Shown in pieces: positions 31,701-44,195 of a stretch of 64,000 bases of DNA. How positions within the stretch are numbered: the stretch's first letter is position 1; each line of letters starts with the position of its first letter. This DNA comes from Macrostomum lignano (lineage: Eukaryota): contig NIVC01000175.1 in assembly GCA_002269645.1 (NCBI GenBank), positions 310,001 through 374,000 of the forward strand, in the 5' to 3' direction. A program made the position numbers and the translations under genes. The notes beneath the pieces are model-generated. The model was not told the origin of the DNA, searched no databases, and was given only the letters and a program-made list of their open reading frames with translations.

Positions 31701-32420
31701 TATAAAGATAGTCAGCCAATCAGAGCGATCGGCTACACATCCCCCTGTGAGTCCAAACTCTACCCCCTAAAAATCTTCCAGCCAATCAGCGATCGGCTAC
31801 ACAGCCCCCCCTGAGAATCCAAACTCTACCCCTATAAATCTTCCAGCCAATCAGCGATCGGCTACACAGCCCCCCTGAGAATCCAAACTCTACCCCTATA
31901 AATCTTCCAGCCAATCAGCGATCGGCTACACAGCCCCCCTGAGAATCCAAACTCTACCCCTATAAATCTTCCAGCCAATCAGCGATCGGCTATACAGTCC
32001 CCCTGAGAATCCAAACTCCATCCCTATAAATCTTCCAGCCAATCAGCGATCGGCTACACAGTCCCCCTGTGAGTCCAAACTCTACCCACTAAAATTCTTC
32101 CAGCCAATCAGCGATTGGCTACACAGTCCCGCTGAGAATCCAAACTCTACCCCCTAAAAATCTTCCGGCCAATCAGCGATCGGCTACACAGTCATCCTGA
32201 GAATCCAAACTCTATCCCCTATGAATCTTCAAGCCAATCAGCAATCAGCTACACAGTCCCCCTGAGAATCCAGACTCTACCCCCTAAAAATCTTCCGGCC
32301 AATCAGCGATCGGCTGAGTCGGAGCCAAACAAAACTCTACCCCCCCCCCGGAAAGGTTCCAGCCAATCAGCAAAGAGCTAGGCATTCCCTCTGTTCTTCC
32401 AAAAGCGCCCAGCCAATCAG
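31701..32420 (+). repeat. 64-bp tandem array carrying CCAAT-box and TATA-like motifs
   Basis: Period 64-65 bp; 12 GCCAATCAG motifs; exact TATAAA five times. Confidence 0.92.
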
Positions 32421-32429
32421 CATCGATCA

Positions 32430-35418
32430 CTAGACACTAGGCAGCTTATACCCAGAGTGAATGCAACACACTCCAGGCCAGAGAACTTCATAATTAACAG
32501 CAGAAAATCCAGCCTCTCGCATCATATTAGCAAACAATGTCTGATGAGGGAATCTACGAATACTTTCAACTAGGTATTCGTAGGAGTCCCAGTCTCCGGC
32601 TACTAGCAGGCCCATCGGAGGAATCACTCGGAAGCTGTACTCGTCATACAAGATCGACAATAGAGGATTTTCAACCGAGCAGAACTCCAAGCAGGCAAAC
32701 CGGCCGTAGGGCTTCAAAACTCGATGAGCCTCTCGCAGTACGCCAGGCAGATCTGTGCAGTTCCGCATTCCGAAAGCGATGGTGTACAAATCGCTAGAGG
32801 CCTCGTCCAATGGCAGAGACTCAGCCCGGCCTTCCAGCCATTGGATTGAGCTGGCGAATGTTGAGCCTTTAGCCGAAGCTTTCGCACTGCCAACCTGCAT
32901 CATGGATGGGCTGGGGTCCACCACGCTCACTGTGCAACTGGCCGGCGCTTCCGCTTCGGCAGCGGCTGTTTGACGTTCTGCGGCCTCTCGGAATGAGTCC
33001 ACACTGCGTGTAGACAGGGGGATAGGCTCTGGCTGAGGGAGCGCGATAGCTGATCTCATATGCCCAGCAACTGAGGATCTGGGAGGCTGGTTGCCTGGCA
33101 ACTGAAGATCTGGGAGGCTGATTGCCTGGCAACTGAAGATCTGGGAGGCTGATTGCCTGGCAACTGAGGATCTGGGAGGCTGGGTGCCTATAGCAACAGA
33201 AGATCTGGGAGGCTGGTTGCCTTGCAACTGTACTTCTGGGAGGCTGGTTGCCTTCAGCAACAGAGGATCTGGGTGGCTGCATGGTTGCCTAGCAACTGAG
33301 GATCTGGAGGCTGGTTGCCTAGCAACTGTAATTCTGGGAGGCTGGTTGCCTATAGCAACTGAAGATCTGGGAGGCTGATTGCCTGGCAACTGAGGATCTG
33401 GGAGGCTGGGTGCCTATAGCAACAGAAGATCTGGGAGGCTGGTTGCCTTGAAACTGTACTTCGGGGAGGCTGGTTGCCTTCAGCAACAGAGGATCTGGGT
33501 GGCTGCATGGTTGCCTAGCAACTGAGGATCTGGAGGCTGGTTGCCTAGCAACTGTAATTCTGGGAGGCTGGTTGCCTACAGCAACAGAGGATCTGGGTGG
33601 CTGCATGATTGCCTAGCAACTGAGGATCTGGAGGCTGGTTGCCTAGCAACAGGGGATCTGGGAGGTTGGTTGCCTGGCAACAGGGGATCCGGGAGGCTGG
33701 TTGCCTGGCAACAGGGGATCTGGGAGGCTGGTTGCCTGGCAACAGGGGATCTGGGAGGCTGGTTGCCTATAGTAACAGAAGATCTGGGAGGCTGGTTGCC
33801 TAGCAACTGTACTTCTGGGAGGCTGGTTGCCTATAGCAACTGAAGATCTGGGAGGCTGATTGCCTGGCAACTGAGGATCTGGGAGGCTGGGTGCCTATAG
33901 CAACAGAAGATCTGGGAGGCTGGTTGCCTTGCAACTGTACTTCTGGGAGGCTGGTTGCCTTCAGCAACAGAGGATCTGGGTGGCTGCATGGTTGCCTAGC
34001 AACTGAGGATCTGGAGGCTGGTTGCCTAGCAACAGGGGATCTGGGAGGTTGGTTGCCTGGCAACAGGGGATCCGGGAGGCTGGTTGCCTGGCAACAGGGG
34101 ATCTGGGAGGCTGGTTGCCTGGCAACAGGGGATCTGGGAGGCTGATTGCCTGGCAACTGAGGATCTGGGAGGCTGGGTGCCTATAGCAACAGAAGATCTG
34201 GGAGGCTGGTTGCCTTGCAACTGTACTTCTGGGAGGCTGGTTGCCTTCAGCAACAGAGGATCTGGGTGGCTGCATGGTTGCCTAGCAACTGAGGATCTGG
34301 AGGCTGGTTGCCTAGCAACTGTAATTCTGGGAGGCTGGTTGCCTACAGCAACAGAGGATCTGGGTGGCTGCATGATTGCCTAGCAACTGAGGATCTGGAG
34401 GCTGGTTGCCTAGCAACAGGGGATCTGGGAGGTTGGTTGCCTGGCAACAGGGGATCCGGGAGGCTGGTTGCCTGGCAACAGGGGATCTGGGAGGCTGGTT
34501 GCCTGGCAACAGGGGATCTGGGAGGCTGGTTGCCTATAGTAACAGAAGATCTGGGAGGCTGGTTGCCTATAGCAACAGAAGATCTGGGAGGCTGGTTGCC
34601 TAGCAACTGTACTTCTGGGAGGCTGGTTGCCTAGCAACTGAGGATCTGGGAGGCTGGTTGCCTAGCAACAGAGGATCTGGGAGGCTGGGTGCCTAGCAAC
34701 TGAGGATCTGGGAGGCTGGGTGCCTAGCAACTGAGGATCTGAGAGGCTGGGTGCCTAGCAACTGAGGATCTGGGAGGCTGGGTGCCTAGCAACTGAGGAT
34801 CTGAGAGGCTGGTTGCCTAGCAACTGAGGATCTGGGAGGCTGGTTGCCTAGCAACAGAGGATCTGGGAGGCTGGTTGCCTAGCAACTGAGGATCTGGGAG
34901 GCTGGTTGCCTAGCAACAGAGGATCTGGGAGGCTGGGTGCCTAGCAACTGAGGATCTGGGAGGCTGGGTGCCTAGCAACTGAGGATCTGAGAGGCTGGGT
35001 GCCTAGCAACTGAGGATCTCTCACCTGCCGTCCCCGGGCGCTACCCTGACAGGAGGTGGCGCCCTTCCAGGCAGCTTTCGACTCCACTCCAGCAGTCCCA
35101 GCGCAATGTCACCGGTGCCTCCGGCCACGTCGACAACTCGCCAACCTGGCCGAGGATTCGCCGAAGCAACGAACCGCCTCTTCCAGCACCGGTGCAGGCC
35201 AGCGCTCATCAAGTCGTTCATCACATCGTAACTGTTTGACACCGGTTGAACACCTGGTTGACTCGGTCCTGCTTCTGGCCCGGTTCAACTTCTTCGAAAC
35301 CGAACGAAGTGTCGAAGCCGCCTGGCTGATGGACTTGACGGCGGGCGACACCAAAGCAGCTGCTGCTGCTGGTTGCCGGGCTGCGGCTGATGCAGCGGAG
35401 AAGCTGACGGCATTGCAT
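32430..35418 (-). CDS. COQ5: Ubiquinone biosynthesis C-methyltransferase COQ5 (UbiE family); exons 35418-35025 and 33078-32430; 1-nt frameshift near 35243
   Basis: [91 protein letters not shown]. Spliced length 1043 nt, one short of a full frame. Exon 2 acceptor chosen by phase match. Confidence 0.92.
33061..35020. repeat. About 31-bp minisatellite forming almost the whole COQ5 intron
   Basis: Unit GGAGGCTGGTTGCCTAGCAACTGAGGATCTG with higher-order variant blocks. Confidence 0.96.
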
Positions 35419-35539
35419 TTTAGGGATGAACAGAATTTGAAAGTGAGAAGTTTAATTTTGTCATTTAAATAAAAAACGACTATTCAAAAGATTTAGCTAA
35501 AATCTCTTGTTGATGGTTAAGAAAAAAAACATGCAAGCT

Positions 35540-35594
35540 TTGACAGACCGACAGACAGACAGGCAGGCAGACAGACAGACAGACAGACAGAAAA

Positions 35595-35655
<61 letters not shown>

Positions 35656-35712
35656 AAGACAGACAGGCAGGCAGACAGACAGACAGAAAACAGACAGACA
35701 GACAGACAGAAA

Positions 35713-35785
<73 letters not shown>

Positions 35786-35820
35786 GCAGCAAACACAGAG
35801 AGAGCAGACAGACAGACAGA
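35540..35820. repeat. (GACA)n microsatellite
   Basis: Direct reading. Confidence 0.97.
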
Positions 35821-36184
35821 AACCTCAGTAGATCATAGTTGAAGAACATACGCGTAGCACCAGCTTATTGAGTTAATTTTTTGCTGTCCTGTGCTCAGTC
35901 AATGAGCTACATTTCTACTACTGCGAGTAGACGAATGTGGTTGTTTAGAAGTATTCAGTCGTCTCTCCCAGAGTTTCACGTTAACTGTCCCCTCAGCCAT
36001 GGCTTTCGCATTACTCAGCCAGAAGAGCACAGGACATATAAAAATTCTATTTACAAGCAGACAGAGAAAACTCAATTGCCTTGGGAGAGGTCGGTGGAAT
36101 ACTAGGATAAAACCGTGGAGATCTCGATGCAGATCTGCATGGTTTATCTCTAAACAGTCGTCTTAAAGTCGTCATTTGAAAGCC

Positions 36185-36958
36185 AGACGAGGGAGGAAAG
36201 AAAGGGGAGTACATGAGAGAGAAGAGGAAAGAGAAGATGAGAGAGATGAGAGGAGAGGAGAGAAGAGATGAGAGGAGGGATGAGAGAAAAGACGAGAGAG
36301 AGGATAGAAGAGAGAAGAGAAGAGAGGAGGGAGAAGAGGAGAGATCAGACGAGAGAAGAGAGTGGGGAGAGGAGAGAAGAGAGTGGGGAGAGAGAGAAGA
36401 GAGTGAGGAGAGGAGAGAAGAGAGTGGGGAGAGGAGAGAGGAGAGGAGAGGAGAGAGAGGAGAGGAGAGAAGAGAGTGGGGGAGGAGAGAAGAGAGTGAG
36501 GAGAGGAGAGAAGAGAGTGGGGAGAGGAGAGAGAGGAGAGGAGAGGAGAGAGTGAGGAGAGGAGAGAAGAGAGTGGGGAGAGGAGAGAGAGGAGAGGAGA
36601 GGAGAGAGAGGAGAGGAGAGGAGAGAAGAGAGTGGGGAGAGGAGAGAAGAGAGTGAGGAGAGGAGAGAAGAGAGTGGGGAGAGGAGAGAAGAGAGTGGGG
36701 AGAGGAGAGAAGAGAGTGAGGAGAGGAGAAAAGAGAGTGGGGAGAGGAGAGAGAGGAGAGGAGAGGAGAGAGTGAGGAGAGGAGAGAAGAGAGTGGGGAG
36801 AGGAGAGAGAGGAGAGGAGAGGAGAGAGAGAGGAGAGGAGAGAAGAGAGTGGGGAGAGGAGAGAAGAGAGTGGGAGAGGAGACAAGAGAGTGAGGAGAGA
36901 AGAGAAGAGGAGAGGAGAGGAGAGAGTGAGGAGAGGAGAGAAGAGAGCTGAGAAGAGA
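36185..36958. repeat. GA-rich low-complexity minisatellite
   Basis: GAGAGGAGAGAAGAGAGT(G)n-type units. Confidence 0.93.
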
Positions 36959-37904
36959 CACAAACCAGAGAGGGCCGGTTTGCAATTGTGAAGTTTGAAA
37001 GGACCCGAGAGCCGGAGGTTACCGACCGCATCCCCAAACTTGAAGAATGCGTATCAGTAATCATTTATCATTCGAACTGTACAATGAGACCAAACTTTGA
37101 AAGAAGGAAAAACTGTTTAAGCCAAAAAACAGAAGCTACAGTGATGAACTCTCGGTTGTCTTGAAAATGAGCTTCCTCCAGACTCCATGTTTGAATATGT
37201 CCATGAAACAGACAGAAACAGGGGGAAAAAACCTCTTGGACAGAAATGTTTCCCAAAGGAATTAAGGCTTGAGGAAGAAGGGGACCGGCGTAGTAATCGA
37301 ATCATGATACTCCCTTAGCCCCATCAAATTCGCTTGCCTCCCCCCCCCACCCCCTAGAAGCAGCAAATTTACAAAGCCAGCAAGAGAGAAGAGAGATGGT
37401 GAGGAGAGAAACAAGTCGCAGAGTAATGGGCCGAGCACTTACACTCTTCAATAAGCGAAGTTTCAGCCATGCAGTCCGGGGACAGACTCAGTCATTTCTT
37501 AGACCCATGGGAGGGAGACGAAATAAAAGGGCCAGGCGATTTTACAGGCTCCACTGCAGTTTAGAAGCAGTTAAGGAGATATATATATATATATATATAA
37601 ATATATGCATATGAAGTTTTTAAAGCAGGACGAGATGACCCCCCCGGTTGAAGACAGAACACAACAGACTGAAACAGGTGCATGGGTCGCCAACAGGTGT
37701 GCGGTCAAGATGCGAGGTGAATGTGGTGGGATCTAAAGAGAGAAGAGGAGAGAAGGATTTCGAAAAACACAAGGTAAACAAATTTGGTAAAGACGAAATG
37801 TTTGACAAAATCCAAGTTCCAATAATATCAACCACCGAGCAAAATTAATGTTCAGGGGTACATGCAGAAAATGGTACAGAGTGGTAACTTTGGACACGAG
37901 ACAA

Positions 37905-37934
37905 ATACATAGACAGACAGACAGACAGACAGAA

Positions 37935-37965
<31 letters not shown>

Positions 37966-38086
37966 AAGACAGATAGAAAGACAAACAGACAGACAGACAG
38001 ACACAGACACAGACAGACAGACACAGACGCAGACAGACAGACAGACAGACAGACAGACACAGACACAGACAGACAGACACAGACGC

Positions 38087-38125
<39 letters not shown>

Positions 38126-38160
38126 GACACAGACGCAGACAGACAGACAGACACAGACGC

Positions 38161-38207
<47 letters not shown>

Positions 38208-38236
38208 GAGACAGACAGACAGAGAGACAGCCAGAC

Positions 38237-38285
<49 letters not shown>
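37905..38285. repeat. (GACA)n microsatellite with variants
   Basis: Direct reading. Confidence 0.96.
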
Positions 38286-39026
38286 CTGACAGTCAATAGT
38301 AGCTGTGGCCTCAGCAAATTCACTATGAAACCAGTCTACAAAACATTAAAAAGCAAGCAACACATTCAGCAGGATGCACACACAGCATTCACGCACTCTG
38401 AGTCAGTTGAATTTCGCTATTCAAAAACTGACGCTCAAGCACTCAAAAACTGCAAATGCAATTTCGATTTGATGAGGAAAAGCTATTTAGCATGATAACC
38501 TAATAAAATCTAAATAGGAAAATAGCCTATTTCAAAATACTCTTTTGAGAATTGGAGTTCAAATTAAAATCGAAAAGATGATCCACACAAAATCCAACGA
38601 ATAACCAATGCTTTATTTCACACTTATTATTTTTACATTGGAGTAGTTGAAATTTTAGCATTTTATTAACAGAGAGAGACAGCCTCTGATGAAAATTTTT
38701 ACTATTTTGAGAGTCTGGAATACCACAGAAAAAGCAAGAAAAACATGTTTAGACACAAAAAAATATTAAGCGAACCTTAACCAATGAAATTACTTTAATT
38801 ACTTAGTAGTTTTGCAATTTTTTTTGTCATAATTAATGTCAAAAATATGTCAAAAAATTGGCAATCATTTCGAAGTGAAAAGCCATTAAATATGTTTCTT
38901 AGAAATACGAAGTGTTCATATCTGATTTCGAATATCTCAGCTACTAAACTCAGCTAACGAATTAATGAAATGCTGTTTCTTTTTGTTGAGTGTATTTTTA
39001 TCTCGACCATTAACTACGGGATAAAT

Positions 39027-39239
39027 TGGAATCTCGGCTTGGCTCTGCTCGTGCAATTAACGCCCTTGAGAGCCAACCCCCCAAGGCGCAGTGAAGTGTA
39101 CATGCCTAACGATAAATAAAGTTAGGGCCGCTGTACACTCCTGTGTGAGTGTGTGCCTGCGCGTATGACTGCTTAGGGGAGTCGGCGGAATGGGCAGCAA
39201 TGCCTCTCGCTGGTTGTGCGACAATGTCGCTTGAAGTGC
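39027..39239. mobile_element. Dispersed about 215-bp repeat, copy 2
   Basis: Direct-orientation match to 30259-30475. Confidence 0.8.
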
Positions 39240-39399
39240 TCCAGGATGTACACAGCCCCTGTCTCTAATAAAAAAGAGTTAATTATTAGTCATCATCAAC
39301 ACAAATGACCGGGGCAAACTTCCGTGAAACTTTTCAGTAGCAATCTGAGTCATCCGACCCGCTTAAGGCTTGTGTCTCTTCTCAGCTATCGTTTCTTTC

Positions 39400-40448
39400 T
39401 TCTCCTCTCCCTCCCCTCTTTTCCCTCCTCTCTCCTCTCTCCTCTCTCCTCCCTCCCTCTCCTTCCTCCTCCCTCCCCAGCTCTCCTCCCTCCCCTCTCC
39501 TCCCTCCCCTCTCCTCCCTCCCCTCTCCTCTCTCCTCTCTCCTCCCTCCCTCTCCTCCCTCCTCCCTCCCCTCTCCTCCCTCCCTCTCTCCTCCCTCCCC
39601 TCTCCTCCCTCCTCCCTCCCCAGCTCTCCTCCCTCCCCTCTCCTCCCTCCCCTCTCCTCCCTCCCCTCTCCTCTCTCCTCTCTCCTCCCTCCCCTTTCCT
39701 CCCTCCTCTCGCCTCTCTCCTCTCTCCTCCCTCCCTCTCCTCTCTCCTCTCTCCTGTTTCCTCTCTTCTCTCTCCTCTCTCCTCTCTCATCTCTCATTTC
39801 TCCTCTCTCCTCTCTCCTCTTTCCTCTCTTCTCTCTCCTCTCTCCTCTCTCATCTCTCCTCTCTCCTCTCTCCTCTTTCCTCTCTCCGATCTCCTCCCTC
39901 CCCTCTCCTCTCTCCTCTCTCCTCTTTCCTCTCTTCTCTCTCCTCTCTCCTCTCTCATCTCTCCTCTCTCCTCTCTCCTCTTTCCTCTCTCCGATCTCCT
40001 CCCTCCCCTCTCCTCTCTCCTCTCTCCTGTTTCCTCTCTTCTCTCTCCTCTCTCCTCTCTCCTCTTTCCTCTCTTCTCTCTCCTCTCTCCTCTCTCATCT
40101 CTCCTCTCTCCTCTCTCCTCTTTCCTCTCTCCGATCTCCTCCCTCCCCTCTCCTCTCTCCTCTCTCCTCTTTCCTCTCTCCTCTCTCCTCCCTCCCCTCT
40201 CCTCTCTCCTCTCTCGTGTTTCCTCTCTTCTCTCTCCTCTCTCCTCTCTCATCTCTCATTTCTCCTCTCTCCTCTCTCCTCTTTCCTCTCTTCTCTCTCC
40301 TCTCTCCTCTCTCCTCTCTCTTCTCTCCTCTTTCCTCTCTCCGATCTCCTCTCTCCTCCCTCCCCTCTCCTCCCTCCCCTCTCCTCCCTCCCCTTTCCTC
40401 TCCTCTTTCCCCTCCTCTCCCCTCTCATCTCCTCTCCTCTCTCTCTCT
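39400..40448. repeat. CT-rich low-complexity tract
   Basis: Direct reading. Confidence 0.93.
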
Positions 40449-40646
40449 GGCCCGCAGTCCATGCGCTACTCGTAAATCTGGCCCTTACATTAAAAAAATT
40501 TGCCAACTACTAGACATAAAAATATCAAGCAAATCCGTTCATATTTTTTAACGATTGAATGAACAGCAATTATTTAGAAGATCAGGAGAAAACATCATTA
40601 TCAGCATCACAAGAGTAGTTTTCTCGTGTTTTTCTTTTTCAAATAT

Positions 40647-41418
40647 TTATTTTTCCAATTCATCGCAACCTCTCGTTTGCCAAGCGTGAATGGCCGCCCC
40701 AACCGCCTGTTGCAGAGTCTGCTTCACCAGTTGCTGCTCCTGCTCAGTAGCTGTGGGATTTTTCAATTCAACAGCGAATCCGCTCCACTTCAACGGGTAA
40801 TCATCCGGTGTAGCGGACTTCAGAGCCTCGAGCTGTCGCTGGGAAACTGGCAAAGTAGCCGAGTAGGCGCAAGTTTCCTCATCAGCATCATTAGCAGCAT
40901 CATCACCAGTCTCAGCGACCGCAGTCGGTTCAACAAGACAGACGCAGTAGACCTGACAGAAGTGATCTGGGGTCGGTTCGACCACTCCGCGGCAAATAGA
41001 CACCGACATGGGCAGCTTGCAAGCTGAGGAATCCTCCAACTCAAACTCGCTAGCAGCCGCCGTGGCTCGAACTCGTTCAACCAGAGCTCGCAGACGCTGC
41101 TGACAAGCCAACCTGAGCGAGCTGAACCCTAGCGGAGTTGGCGCCAGACCAGTCGGCGCGTCAGTCACGGCGCCAACAACAGCCCGACCAAAACTGCGCT
41201 GGATTGCTAGCCTAGCGGCCGCTTCGTCTGTTTTATTATCAACAGCCAGAGCGACTCGACAGTCGCCGCCGGTCAGCAGCAGAGCCTGCATTCCCGCCGG
41301 GTCCAAGCTGCCAATCACAGACTCCATGCCGCATCTGGTCTTCTCCATCGCTTTGGAGACGAAAGCGCTGGTTGATGCAGACAGCCAGCTGCCCCAGCCA
41401 CTGCTCTGATGTTGCTGC

Positions 41419-41453
<35 letters not shown>

Positions 41454-41723
41454 AGAACTTGAAGAAGAAGAAGCTACAGAGGCAACAGTCGGAGGAGAAA
41501 CAGACGCTGTTGCTTTCGGAGTCTCTGTTTGCTGTTGCTTCTGTTGTTGCTTTTGCTGTTGCTGTTGCTGCTGCTGCTGCACAAGAGTGACAGTGGGAGG
41601 AGGCGGCAGCTCGGGGCCCAGCAGAGTGGCAAAGCCTGTAGTAGTGGAAGCAGCAGTCTGACCGCTAGCTTGAGCTTCCTCACTGCTTACTATGACCAAA
41701 TCTTCTGGTGTCTCTTCTAGCAT
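40647..41723 (-). CDS. PRRC1: PRRC1-like protein (YjjX/NTPase I-T-like domain), single exon, 358 aa, with polyQ tracts
   Basis: GWGSWL..VSKAMEKTR.GMESVIGSLDP.GM...L.TGGD, FGRAVV, LAPTPLGF, ATPDDYPLKWSG match PRRC1 family blocks. Confidence 0.85.
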
Positions 41724-41879
41724 GCTTCTTGCTTGTGAGGTTCGGTTATGAATACGTGATGGATTTTCGTTTTGTGTTCTGTTGTTTGCTGATGCCTCAT
41801 AAATTATTGGTTGATGTAGGAAGCTGTAGTAAATATAATTCTTGCATTCCTTTACGAAACCTAAAATTCACAAAATCTA

Positions 41880-42790
41880 AATTTCATCACAAGACCTAAA
41901 CTTCATTCACAAGACCTAAACTTCATCATGAGACCTAAACTTCATAACAAAACCTACACTTCATCACAAGACCTACACTTCATTACAAGACCTAAACTTC
42001 ATCACAAGACCTACACTTCATTACAAGACCTAAACTTTATCACAAGACCTAAACTTCATTCACAAGATTTAAAATTCATTCACAAGACCTAAACATTCTC
42101 ACAAGACCTAAACTTCATTCACAAGATCTAAAATTCATTCACAAGACCTAAACTTTATCGCAAGACCTAAATTTCATTCACAAGACCTAAACATTCTCAC
42201 AAGACCTAAACTTCATTCACAAGATCTAAAATTCATTCACAAGACCTAAACTTTATCGCAAGACCTAAATTTCATTCACAAGACCTAAAATTCATTCACA
42301 AGACCTAAACATTCTCGCAAGACCTAAACTTCATTCACAAGACCTAAAATTCATTCACAAGACCTAAACATTCTCGCAAGACCTAAACTTCATTCACAAG
42401 ACCTAAAATTCATTCACAAGACCTAAACTTTATCGCAAGAACTAAATTTCATTCACAAGACCTAAAATTCATTCACAAGACCTAAAATTCATTCACAAGA
42501 CCTAAACATTCTCGCAAGACCTAAACTTCATTCACAAGACCTAAAATTCATTCACAAGACCTAAAATTCATTCACAAGACCTAAACTTTATCGCAAGACC
42601 TAAACTTCATTCACAAGACCTAAAATTCATTCACAAGACCTAAAATTCATTCACAAGACCTAAACATTCTCGCAAGACCTAAACTTCATTCACAAGACCT
42701 AAAATTCATTCACAAGACCTAAACTTCACCAGAGGACGTAAACTTCATCAGAAAGAGCTCAACTTCACTACAAGACCTAAACTTTATCCC
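41880..42790. repeat. 20-bp minisatellite immediately upstream of PRRC1
   Basis: Unit CACAAGACCTAAAATTCATT with variants. Confidence 0.95.
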
Positions 42791-43369
42791 AGGATCCAAT
42801 TTTTTGTGAAATTTAGATCCTGCGATGAAGCTTTGAGGGTGTGAACTTGCGAAGCTGATGCGTGACAAGGGTAAGTTTTAAGAACCGTCACTAAAAAGAT
42901 GTCATTAATTATGGCTTTGACTAACAAACACCAGGTGTTCAGTCCCAATACCCCTATCAACTTCTATCTATCAATATCTCGAGTTGACAAGCTGAAAAAT
43001 TCATGGATTTCAAACAGTAAGAATTGGAGTTTAGAAACTAACACAATTCTCGTTAGCAGAGATCCAGCCAACGGGTCATTAGTCTTAAAAGTGAAACAAG
43101 CCACTTTCTAATGCTCCAAATTTTCAGCTAATTAAAGACTTGGATGGTTAAAAGGAAAGAATTTTTAGCGACAGCTGGTATTGCTGATGGAATGGAATGG
43201 CTGGCAAGGAGGTCTTAAAGCATAGAAATTGGAGTGCGTCAAAAGTTCTTCTCAAAACCTGGTTATCGTGACACCATAGGGAACTGAAAACACTACAAAT
43301 TGACAACTAAAAAGGTGCTGTTTAGAAAGGCTCATGATAGGGGGAGGGGGGTTGCTGAGATGTCAAAAA

Positions 43370-44195
43370 AGCCTCATGGGAGAATTTCTGAGATATCAAG
43401 GCTCATGGGGGAATTGCTGAGATGCCAAGGCTCATGGGGGAATTGCTGAGGTGCCAAGGCTCATGGGGGAATTGCTGGGATGCCAAGGCTCATGGGGGAA
43501 TTGCTGAGGCGTCAAGGCCCATGGGGATATTTCAGAGATGTCAAGGCTCATGGGGGAATTGCTGAGATGTCAGGGCTCATGGGGATATTTCAGAGATGTC
43601 AAGGCTCATGGGGGAATTGCTGAGATGTCAGGGCTCATGGGGATATTTCAGAGATGCCAAGGCTCATGGGGGAATTGCTGAGATGTCAGGGCTCATGGGG
43701 ATATTTCAGAGATGTCAAGGCTCATGGGGGAATTGCTGAGGCGTCAAGGCCCATGGGGATATTTCAGAGATGTCAAGGCTCATGGGGGAATTGCTGAGAT
43801 GTCAGGGCTCATGGGGATATTTCAGAGATGTCAAGGCTCATGGGGGAATTGCTGAGATGTCAGGGCTCATGGGGATATTTCAGAGATGCCAAGGCTCATG
43901 GGGGAATTGCTGAGGTGCCAAGGCTCATGGGGGAATTGCTGAGGCGTCAAGGCCCATGGGGATATTTCAGAGATGTCAAGGCCCATGGGGATATTTCAGA
44001 GATGTCAAGGCTCATGGGGGAATTGCTGAGATGCCAAGGCTCATGGGGGAATTGCTGAGATGTCAAGGCTCATGAGGGAATTGCTGAGATGTCAAGGCTC
44101 ATTGGGATATTTCAGAGATGTCAAGGCTCATGGGGGAATTGCTGAGATGCCAAGGCTCATGGGGGAATTGCTGAGGCGCCAAGGCTCATGGGGAA
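43370..44195. repeat. 29-bp minisatellite with two alternating variants
   Basis: GAGATGTCAAGGCTCATGGGGGAATTGCT and GAGATGTCAAGGCTCATGGGGATATTTCA. Confidence 0.95.
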
